Shown here one piece after another: positions 13,559 to 23,568 of a DNA stretch of 34,875 bases. Position numbers and translations under genes: made by a program. Position 1 is the first letter of the stretch; every line of letters begins with the position of its first letter. Source of the DNA: Macrostomum lignano (lineage: Eukaryota); contig NIVC01001717.1 of the NCBI GenBank assembly GCA_002269645.1, positions 1 to 34,875 on the forward strand. Direction: 5' to 3'. The notes below the pieces were generated by a model, which was given only the letters and a program-made list of their open reading frames with translations, was not told the DNA's origin and did no database searches.

Positions 13559-13926
13559 CAGGGTTTGTTTGTGCACAGAGTGTGCATATGCACCCTAAAT
13601 TTTAAAATCGTACCCTGAAATTAAAAAAGTAGGTGTGGTTTTGGTTTAGGTGTGGTCTTATAACCATTTTTCTTTAAAGGCTTAACCATGCTTAAGCTAT
13701 TTTTCATGCACTGCCTTAAAATATGAAACAAAATAACTCTTTAAATCCTATTAAGTCATATAGGCGATATAGCCTATGGCTATAGCCTTATGTAAGATAT
13801 TAAAATATACATTCCCAGTTGTCTGAAACAAGACTCAAGAGAAATTGCACTCTGAGCCTTAAAATCGCACCTTGAAATTTGGCACAAGGTGCGATTTCGC
13901 ACCTTGTCTCTGGCGAAAAAACCCAG
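13559..13926. mobile_element. Non-autonomous hAT-type MITE inserted in a degenerate GAATTGCTAAGATGTCAAGGCT repeat
   Basis: Imperfect TIRs CAGGGTTT... / ...AAAACCCAG; exact 8-bp TSD GATTGCTA at 13551-13558 and 13927-13934; 368 bp. Confidence 0.7.
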
Positions 13927-14538
13927 GATTGCTAAGATTTCAAGGCTAATAGAGAAAATTGAGATATTAAAGCATATGGGGGAATCGCTAAGAGGTCAAG
14001 GCTTAAGAAAATAATTACTGAGATGTCAAGGCTAAATTAGTTAAGATAAATTAGTTGACTCGTGAAGTTTAAAGTAAAGTGTTTCAGATCCTGAAACGAA
14101 ATAAATATAAGCCTAAACATATAATACATATAGGATTAAATCAAGACGTACAATTGTACAAGCCTTGTCGATATCTATCTTAAATTCAAAGAAAATAATG
14201 GCAAAACTTGGACAATAGTTCTTTGAACAGCAACAAATAAATTCCTAGAATGCTAAATTAAACATAGGACTTGATATATTTAAAACAAATTATCCATCAA
14301 ACGGTTTCTAATGCTTTTGACTTGACGCAAAAAACATAAATGATTTTATGATTTTTATTCAAAGCTTTAATATATTATTTAGTTCAGTAAAGTTTCTACA
14401 TCGGCTACTTGAGAATGACTACTTTAATATTTCGCATAAGTGAGATTGAACACAAGGTGAACACATTTCAAGGAATCAAGCAGAATGAAATAGAAAGATG
14501 AATGAGTCCCGTGACAGCAGTATAGATGACACAAGTAT

Positions 14539-14905
14539 TTTTTTATTAGAGGCAGGGGGGTTGTGTGCACCAGCTGGCGCACTTTAAGCGACATTGGCAC
14601 ACAACCGGCGAGAGGCATTACTGCCCATTCCGCCGACTCCCCTGAGCAGGCATACAAGCGCGCGGATACGTACGCAGGCACACACTCGCACAGGAGTGTA
14701 CAGTGGCCCTAACTTTATATTATCGTTAGGCATGTACACTTCACTGCGCCTTGGGGGTTGGCTCTCAAGGCCGTTAATTGCACGAGCAGAGCCAAGCCAA
14801 GATTCCAATTCAGCCCCAAATTAGTGACTGCACTTGGAATCGAGCCTGGGTCGCTGGCACACCAGAGCAGCTGCGCTACCGCTGGGCTACGGCCCCCCTT
14901 ATGAC
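14539..14905 (-). mobile_element. tRNA-derived SINE
   Basis: On the minus strand the head GGGGGCCGTAGCCCAGCGGTAGC carries a pol III A box (14889-14879) and the B box GGCTCGATTCC (14846-14836). There is an A-rich tail and a 13-bp TSD ATGACACAAGTAT at 14526-14538 and 14906-14918. Confidence 0.85.
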
Positions 14906-15221
14906 ATGACACAAGTATACAGTTAGTCCAAAAAACAAGTCCCGAAGTCTCTACTCGCAAAGCGTTTACTTCCCAGGTTCGCACCCTTTCGCACCTGCAG
15001 GTTCCACCCCGCTAATCATGTCGAAATCAAGTTGAACTACGTGTATCGACGCGAAAATTTTACTTTAAAATGATACAGCCTCATCGACGTCGTTTCAGCA
15101 CGCTCAAACTGATCGAAGCGCGGCAAGGTTGAGGTTGAGTCCCAGCGGTACTTTCAACACCGCAACTGTCTGTCTGCCGAGGCGACTCAAACGGATTCCG
15201 TGCTTCATGCTCTCTGTTGCT

Positions 15222-16036
15222 TTAGTGTCCCGGAGTTTCGGAGAAATTCGATAAGCCGGCGATTAGCCGACGACTCGGTCGGCATCGCGCCGTTGGCGTT
15301 TGTGCCGATGGTCGTGGTTTGTGCATGGCTTTGCGGCCTTGACCTTGATCAGCATACGCTATCTCGATGCTGTAACCGTCTAATACGATGACGGCAGTGT
15401 TAGGATCCCCTTTTGTCTTATAAAATTGGCCGATTAAGGCTCCAGTCCCCGGCCTTGTACCTGATTCTGGTTCTGATTTGGTGTCTAATTTAAGCTGCGA
15501 CGGGGCTGTGAGAGCTCGCGGCCAACATTCGAAATGAACCTACAATTACATGTAAGAAGGCTAAATGAACCTACACAAACATGATTCATACGATCCCGCA
15601 GCTACGGCTCCAGGCCGTTAATTCTTTTTTGATGGAGTCAACCATTCATTCTGCAAGCCTTTAATTTGCTTGCTGGTGCCTATAGATGGAGTCTTTAGAG
15701 CAACAGTCTCGCAGTCTCGCATCGTGATACTCAACAGCGTCGTATGTCGCTCACTTGTTCGTTGAGAAACGTATTGTTATTTGTCCATTGGAAAGATAAA
15801 AACGAGACTGTGTCCTGCCATCGGTTCGATGGCAGTGTGTCGATCTGTTTGGATAGGCGCATTGTCAATCGACTGGATTGGCAAAAGTACAAGATAAATA
15901 TAAAGATTGAAACTAAAATATGCATCTTCCTACTTGAAAATACGTGTAAGTAGAATTGTAGATTCTTAAACCATGCTAATATGGACTCGGATAACCAAGA
16001 TGGGCTCAACAACAGCAGCAACAAAATACGCTGCAT
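15222..16036 (-). CDS. Putative orphan secreted protein, 3 exons, about 151 aa
   Basis: Exons 16036-15972 (signal-like MQRILLLLLLSPSWLSESILA), 15872-15755 and 15494-15222; introns of 99 nt and 260 nt with matching phases. The first donor (GTTTAA) is weak, and a competing AG 11 nt upstream of the last acceptor would give an early stop. Confidence 0.4.
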
Positions 16037-17313
16037 GTGTGGGTCTTCAGAAGCCAGCGTCATTAAGACAGCAGGCAGTCGACGAACTACCGGAGTGCGC
16101 GCGCCTTGTCGGTAGGGCGCGCCTTGTAGCTTAGTCTTTACCTTCTTTAGCTCAGTTAAAGTAGACAAAATTTCTGCTCATAATTCTGAGAACGAGATTC
16201 AATTTAATTTTATCCAATAACGAACCGTAGGTAGAGCTGTCGTTCACCTTTGCGAAGGGTGGTAAAAAATTCGTCCCCAGGCTATAGCGATCCATTCAGG
16301 TAGTATATATCATCCTTTGAATAATGAATACATAGAACTAATTATAAGCAGACAAGAAATGAATTAGAATTGCGTTTTGTTTAAATAAAATTGAGTAATG
16401 CACGTAGGAAGTCAGGAAGAAAGAATTCGGTAAGTTTATATTGCGGCAGGCAAGTAACCCGTTTTGTGTCTGACAAGACGCATCTTTACCGAATGAATCC
16501 AGACCGCGACTGCGTAATGCCGCGATTACGGTTTTCTCTCAAATTGCAAAAGCTGTTTAAGTATTTCTTAAGCTGCATTGTGGTTGCAAAACGGATAACG
16601 AAAACTCTAATTTGAGCTGTTACGCTAGCGTAACATGATCGCGTCTGAATTTGAATGAACTCGAAGTGACTGCATCAATTTAAGAGGCTTCTATTAGTGG
16701 ATCAGGCACTTAGCGGCTCAAATTCGGTGACTAGAAGAGACTCGTGGAACCCGCGAACAGCTAAAGTAAAGCTTTGGAGTCCGAAAGTTGCACTGCAGCC
16801 TGACAATACACGAAAGTATATAACTGTTCCACATTCTGAGCTATTCACACCCACGGCACAGAGTGTGTACACATGTTTGACCATGAGAAAGTCAGAGCCC
16901 GTGTAAACTTTATGTAGGCCTATCCATGTGCGTTCTCAGGGGTCACAGCGGAACGGGCATTACTTGACTTATCCACAGGGGCTCCAGGCATCTGGATACA
17001 GCGGGGAGGCGTTGCATGCTAATCCCTGGCGACCACGGTCAGCTGGTGCCTGTGTCCTCAGCGCGGTCCCGCTCTGAAGAGTCCAGGAGGCTTGGTGTTG
17101 GCACCACTTACGATGGCTTGATTCTAGACTGGAGGCTTCAGTCACATGAATATTGATGACATGTCCGTCTCCTGGCGATTTTGTCCGATTGTGAGTGCCC
17201 TGTCGAGTCCGATCGGTAATGCCCGGACTACAGGTGGCCTTGGCTCGATCTATGGTCACCGACTTCGCTCAGCCAATCGCGACAGTCGAGTTGTGCGGTC
17301 TGAAGCGGCCGTC

Positions 17314-17321
17314 TATTTAAA
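17314..17321 (+). promoter_or_regulatory. TATA-like box TATTTAAA upstream of the peptide gene
   Basis: Lies about 100 nt upstream of ATG 17416; support is position only. Confidence 0.35.
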
Positions 17322-17415
17322 GTCGGAGATTTTTCCCAACCAGACTCCGCCCGATCATCAGCTCGAATCGACAACTCACTGCAGCTAGGATAAGAAGTTC
17401 CCCGAGACAAGCTCA

Positions 17416-17808
17416 ATGGCTCAAAAGCTCGTCCAGCATCTTGCTTTGATGCAGCTGCTGCTTCTGCTGCTCCTGCTGCACAGCGGCGGCGGCGGCTGTA
17501 GCAGCGCCGGCCTCGATCTCGACGCCGGCCTTGAGACAGAGGACGACAGCGCTGCAGTCGTCGGCCTCGAGACCGACAAGAGATGTGAGGCTTTGCCTGT
17601 CTAGCTCGTATCAAATTGACATTGAAATAAACTTAATTGACATAATTGACACTAACTGACATCGGCAGACATGCACACCGGCCTGTCCTACTGCACCAGG
17701 CTGTGCCACTACAACTTCGGCCGGCACGCCAGATGCCGCGGCTATTTCAATTCGGTCAGCCGCGGCTGCGACTGCGTCTGCGCCGCGTTCAACGGCTGGG
17801 GCCGTTGA
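17416..17808 (+). CDS. Prepro-peptide: secreted 6-Cys cationic defensin/mytilin-like peptide, 2 exons, 102 aa
   Basis: Exon 1 17416-17584 encodes a signal peptide, an acidic pro-region and KR. The 84-nt intron runs GTGAGG..ACTAAC..GGCAG. Exon 2 17669-17808 gives mature YMHTGLSYCTRLCHYNFGRHARCRGYFNSVSRGCDCVCAAFNGW followed by GR and stop. Confidence 0.85.
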
Positions 17809-17928
17809 CTGACCAGTATCGAGACTGCTCGAGCCCAATGCTCGTGTCTGCAACCGCGGCTTTGCAAAACGTTTCACTGACAATCATAAAGTTCCTGACG
17901 ATCTGGAACAGCGAGATCATAGTTCTAG

Positions 17929-17945
17929 AATAAAACGATAATAAA
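17929..17945 (+). terminator. Tandem polyadenylation signals (AATAAA x2) of the peptide gene
   Basis: AATAAA at 17929-17934 and 17940-17945, about 120 nt after the stop. Confidence 0.6.
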
Positions 17946-18059
17946 CGAGAAGAGTAGTTATGCTAGACTAATTAAAGAGACTTATCAGTTTTTTTCTTGG
18001 AAATAAGTATGTTTTTGTTTTAGAAAGTCTCATCTCTCTGGTATTTAAAAGCTTTTGAG

Positions 18060-18801
18060 ACCCTCTGTTGCTTGAAAGCATGCAGCTCTCTGCGGTTTGA
18101 AAGCAACAGCTCTCTGCGGTTTGAAGTCAACAGCTCTCTGAGGTTTGAAGGCAACAGCTCTCTGCGGTTTGAAGGCAACAGCTCTCTGCGGTTTGAAGGC
18201 AACAGCTCTCTGCGGTTTGAAGGCATGCAGCTCTCTGCGGTTTGAAGGCAACAGCTCTCTGCGGTTTGAAGGCAACAGCTCTCTGCGGTTTGAAGGCAAC
18301 AGCTCTCTGCGGTTTGAAGGCAACAGCTCTCTGCGGTTTGAAGGCAACAGCTCTCTGCGGTTTGAAGGCAACAGCTCTCTGCGGTTTGAAGGCAACAGCT
18401 CTCTGCGGTTTGAAGGCAACAGCTCTCTGCGGTTTGAAAGCATGCAGCTCTCTGCGGTTTGAAGGCAACAGCTCTCTGCGGTTTGAAGGCAACAGCTCTC
18501 TGCGGTTTGAAGGCAACAGCTCTCTGCGGTTTGAAGGCAACAGCTCTCTGCGGTTTGAAGGCAACAGCTCTCTGCGGTTTGAAGGCAACAGCTCTCTGCG
18601 GTTTGAAGGCAACAGCTCTCTGCGGTTTGAAGGCATGCAGCTCTCTGCGGTTTGAAGGCAACAGCTCTCTGCGGTTTGAAGGCAACAGCTCTCTGCGGTT
18701 TGAAGGCAACAGCTCTCTGCGGTTTGAAGGCATGCAGCTCTCTGCGGTTTGAAGGCAACAGCTCTCTGCGGTTTGAAGGCAACAGCTCTCTGCGGTTTGA
18801 A
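18060..18801. repeat. Minisatellite, 24-bp unit GCAACAGCTCTCTGCGGTTTGAAG with interspersed 25-bp GCATGC variants
   Basis: About 30 near-perfect copies; variants at 18078, 18223, 18440, 18633 and 18730. Confidence 0.95.
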
Positions 18802-19364
18802 ATGACCTGTGGTATTTAAATGATCAGAAGTCAACAATACTTCGTGAGAGCTACAAAGTGGCTGGCAAAGATGAGCAATCAAGACGCTAAAATTAGATAT
18901 CCCAGTTGCGTCGAACGGAAAATCAATCAGCGTTAAAACTAGCGAAAGGTTTCAAAGACGCGGAGAATATTTATCAGTCTGCAGCCGGAAAATATCGTCA
19001 AAGCAAATTCCCTAATTAAGCCGCAGTTTGAGATTCCTGAGCAAATCTTCCTAGCGGAATTTGTAAACTGCCGATGCATCAATACCAAACAGCTTTGCAG
19101 CTTTGGGGAGACATCGAGTTTCCTTTTGCCAGCTGGCCCGAATGAGGCTTCAGTCTAATTAGCAGCGGCCAGCTAGTAGAATTCTGCAAGGAAATCTGCA
19201 GCAAACCAGTCCTGAAATTCTACACTTTGACTCTTCCTGCACCATCCTGAGACGTGGACACCTGAGAGTTCAGTAGTGGAAATTTATCTGTCAAAGTCTT
19301 TCACACAGAAAAATTTACCAAGCTGTGTTAGTTTTAGCTTCTGTCTACGAGCCCAGTGCGTCTA

Positions 19365-20878
19365 CATGTAGGATCAATGTAGGATCATGTCATATAGGAT
19401 CATGTAGGATCATGTGGGATCGTGTAGAATCATGTCATATAGGATCGTGTAGAATCATGTCATGTAAGATCATGTAGGATCACGTCATGTAGGATCGTGT
19501 AGGATCATGTAATGTAGGATCGTGTAGAATGATGTAATGTAGGATCGTGTAGGATCATGTTATGTAGGATCGTGTAGAATGATGTCATGTAGGATCGTGT
19601 AGGATCATGTTATGTAGGATCGTGTAGAATCATGTAATGTAGGATCGTGTAGGATTATGTCATGTAAGATCGTGTAGAATCATGTAATGTAGGATCGTGT
19701 AGAATGATGTCATGTAGGATCGTGTAGAATGATGTCATGTAGGATCGTGTAGAATGATGTCATGTAGGATCGTGTAGGATTATGTTATGTAGGATCGTGT
19801 AGAATCATGTAATGTAGGATCGTGTAGGATTATGTCATGTAAGATCATGTAGGATCACGTCATGTAGGATCGTGTAGGATTATGTCATGTAAGATCGTGT
19901 AGAATCATGTAATGTAGGATCGTGTAGAATGATGTCATGTAGGATCGTGTAGGATCATGTTACGTAGGATCGTGTAGGATCATGTAATGTAGGATCGTGT
20001 AGGATCATGTTATGTAGGATCGTGTAGAATGATGTCATGTAGGATCGTGTAGGATTATGTCATGTAAGATCATGTAGGATCACGTCATGTAGGATCGTGT
20101 AGGATTATGTCATGTAAGATCGTGTAGAATCATGTAATGTAGGATCGTGTAGAATGATGTCATGTAGGATCGTGTAGGATCATGTTATGTAGGATCGTGT
20201 AGAATCATGTAATGTAGGATCGTGTAGAATGATGTAATGTAGGATCGTGTAGGATCATGTTATGTAGGATCGTGTAGAATGATGTCATGTAGGATCGTGT
20301 AGGATTATGTCATGTAAGATCGTGTAGAATCATGTAATGTAGGATCGTGTAGGATTATGTCATGTAGGATCGTGTAGAATGATGTCATGTAGGATCGTGT
20401 AGAATGATGTCATGTAGGATCGTGTAGAATGATGTCATGTAGGATCAATGTAGGATCATGTCATGTAGGATCGTGTAGAATCATGTAATGTAGGATCGTG
20501 TAGAATCATGTAATGTAGGATCGTGTAGAATATGTCATGTAGGATCAATGTAGGATCATGTCATATAGGATCGTGTAAGATCATGTCATGTAGGATCGTG
20601 TAAGATCATGTCATGTATGATCGTGTAGAATCATGTCATGTAGGATCGTGTAGAATCATGTAATGTAGGATCGTGTAGAATATGTCATGTAGGATCAATG
20701 TAGGATCATGTCATATAGGATCGTGTAAGATCATGTCATGTAGGATCGTGTAAGATCATGTCATGTAGGATCGTGTAAGATCATGTCATGTATGATCGTG
20801 TAAGATCATGTCATGTAGGATCGTGTAAGATCATGTCATGTAGGATCGTGTAGGATCACGTCATGTAAGATCGTGTGT
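19365..20878. repeat. Minisatellite, 25-bp unit TGTAGGATCGTGTAGAATCATGTCA
   Basis: About 60 copies, built from TGTAGGATC subunits. Confidence 0.95.
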
Positions 20879-21444
20879 AGGGTCCTTTAGTCGGATTTGA
20901 GAAAAGAGTTTAAAAGCAGCAGCTAATAAGTAGGTGGCTCATATAGAGAAGATTGATGCGAAATAGCATAGAAATTTTGGAGTTGGAATGCTGTCTATTT
21001 ATGAGGATTATCGGAACACAATTGCCAGAGCAAAACAAATATATTTAGCAATCAGTTAGCACAAAATCCTACTGAGATTTTAGCAAAAATTAGCAAAATT
21101 AGCAAAATTATGGCACAAAAAAATGAGTTTTTCAATTATTTTAATATAAGCACAGCCAATTTCTTATCTGAAAAAAACGCCTCGCAATAAAATTAAAAAA
21201 TACTACTTTTAATTTTCTTACTACTTTTGAAAGTAGCAACACAGCGGGGGAACACATGGCAGCCAAAAACACCGAAGAATTTGGACCAGAAAGTGCAAAT
21301 TATCAAAATACTCATAACGATTGTTCGACTGGATGAAGCTGAGAGCAAAGCCTTATGGAGATCGTGAGGATGGGGAAGTGGAGAATAGGGATCTCGGTAG
21401 CAATTGACACATTCTGGGCCACTGAAGATGCAATGAGCGAGATA

Positions 21445-22530
21445 TGGGTCAGTGCGGAGATGGGTCAGTGAGGGAGGTGGGTCAGTGAGGGAGGTGGGTC
21501 AGTGAGGGAGGTGGGTCAGTGAGGGAGGTAGGCTCAGTGGGTAAGTGGGAGAGGTGGGTCAGTGAGGGAGGTGGGTCAGTGAGGGAGGTAGGCCAATGGG
21601 TCAGTGAGGGAGGTGGGTCAGTGGGTAAGTGGGAGAGGTGGGTCAGTGAGGGAGGTGGGTCAGTGAGGGAGGTGGGTCAGTGAGGGAGGTGGGTCAGTGA
21701 GGGAGGTAGGCCAATGGGTCAGTGAGGGAGGTGGGTCAGTGGGTAAGTGGGAGAGGTGGGTCAGTGAGGGAGGTGGGTCAGTGAGGGGGTGGGTCAGTGA
21801 GGGAGGTGGGTCAGTGAGGGAGGTGGGTCAGTGAGGGAGGTGGGTCAGTGAGGGAGGTGGGTCAGTGAGGGAGGTGGGTCAGTGAGGGAGGTGGGTCAGT
21901 GAGGGAGGTGGATCAGTGTGAGAGGTAAGTCAGCGAGGGAGGTGGGTCAGTGAGGGAGGTAGGCCAATGGGTCACTGAGGGAGGTGGGTCAGTGGGTAAG
22001 TGGGAGAGGTGGGTCAGTGAGGGAGGTGGGTCAGTGGGTAAGTGGGAGGTGGGTCAGTGAGGGAGATAGGTCAGTGGGTAAGTGGGAGGTGGGTCAGTGA
22101 GGGAGGTAGGTCAGTGGGTAAGTGGGAGAGGTGGGTCAGTGAGAGAGGTGGGTCAGTGGGTCAGTGGGGGAGGTGGGTCAGTCGTGAGAGGTGGGTCAGT
22201 GGGTCAGTGAGGGAGGTGGGCCAATGGGTCAGTGAGAGAGGTGGGTCAGTGAGGAAGGTAGGCCACTGGGTCAGTGAGGGAGGTGGGTCAGTGGATCAGT
22301 GTGGGAGCTGGGTCAGTGTGTCAGTGAGAGAGGTGGGTCAATGGATCAGTGAGAGAGGTGAGTCAGTGAGGAAGGTGGGTCAGTGGGTCAGTGGAGGAGT
22401 GGGTCAGTGGGGGAGGTGGGTCAGTGGGGAGGTGGGTCAGTCGGGGAGGTGGGTCAGTGGGTCAGTGGGGGAGGTGGGTAAGTGAGTGAGGGAGGTGGGT
22501 CAATGAGATAGGTGGGTCAGTGGGTCAGAT
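21445..22530 (+). repeat. G-rich minisatellite, 17-bp unit GGGTCAGTGAGGGAGGT
   Basis: About 60 copies with variants; strong G/C strand skew. Confidence 0.95.
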
Positions 22531-22997
22531 TGAGAACAGAATCAATGATGAAGAAGTACCAGAGTGCATGCTGAGCTAAAGAAGCAAAAATCAAATATAA
22601 AAAATCAAAAAAGAGCTCAGAACCGAGCTCTGAGCTGTTTTTACTCATATATAAATTCTAAAACTATCAATTTACATTTTTTCAAGACATTTTAGCAGTA
22701 AAAACAGTCAAGCGGTAAGTAAAACACGCGCCGAGACAGCTGATCGCAGAGTAGAAAATTAGTAATCTGGCCCAAATATTGATTAATAAGCAATTAGCAG
22801 GTACAGACAAAAGCAGATTCACAATTTGACTGTCACAATATTGATGCAAGTGACACAGGACCATAGTAAGCGCGCAATACAGGCAGTATGGGGCATACGT
22901 GAAGCAATAAACAATTAGTAATAATAATATTAGAAACTTCAAGAAACCCCATTGGTATGAAGGGTTTTTTATTATAGCGTGTGTCGTGACACATCAA

Positions 22998-23525
22998 CTT
23001 CACTCTCAAATGGAATGGCACCCTTCTCAAATGAAATGGCACCCTTCTCAAATGAAATGGCACCCTTCTCAAATGGAATGGCACCCTTCTCAAATGAAAT
23101 GGCACCCTTCTCAAATGGAATGGCACCCTTCTCAAATGAAATGGCACCCTTCTCAAATGAAATGGCACCCTTCTCAAATGAAATGGCACCCTTCTCAAAT
23201 GAAATGGCATCCTTCTCAAATGAAATGGCACCCTTCTCAAATGAAATGGCAACCCTTCTCAAATGAAATGGCAATCCTTCTCAAATGAAATGGCAACCCT
23301 TCTCAAATGAAATGGCACCCTTCTCAAATGAAATGGCACCCTTCTCAAATGAAATGGCACCCTTCTCAAATGAAATGGCATCCTTCTCAAATGAAATGGC
23401 CATTTATTTGAATGGCATCCTTCTCATATGAAGTGGCAACACTTCTAAAATAAAGTCGCACCCTACTCAAATGAAATGGCAACCCTTCTCAAATGAAATG
23501 GCAACCCTGACATGGCACCCTTCAC
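22998..23525. repeat. Minisatellite, 21-bp unit AATGGCACCCTTCTCAAATGA, just 3' of the kinase stop
   Basis: About 25 copies; source of the PFHLRRV ORFs. Confidence 0.95.
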
Positions 23526-23568
23526 AATGAAGACCTGAACACCCGGAAGGACCACAGTACAAGCCGTG

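Noticed and set aside
14825-14900. tRNA gene
   Set aside because: A and B boxes are present, but I could not fold a proper cloverleaf; it continues into a 290-bp body and A-tail bounded by a TSD, so it is a SINE head.
17325-17403. kappaB-like sites near the peptide gene
   Set aside because: Only imperfect matches, of a kind expected by chance.
18020-18882. Several 97-251 aa repetitive ORFs
   Set aside because: Products of the 24-bp array, with no non-repetitive coding context.
21422-21455. Second hammerhead candidate (CTGAAGATGC...GCGAGA...GTC)
   Set aside because: Only a 2-bp stem II, GAGA instead of GAAA, and no stem I pairing.
22833-23288. PFHLRRV / SQMKWHP repetitive ORFs
   Set aside because: Products of the 21-bp array.
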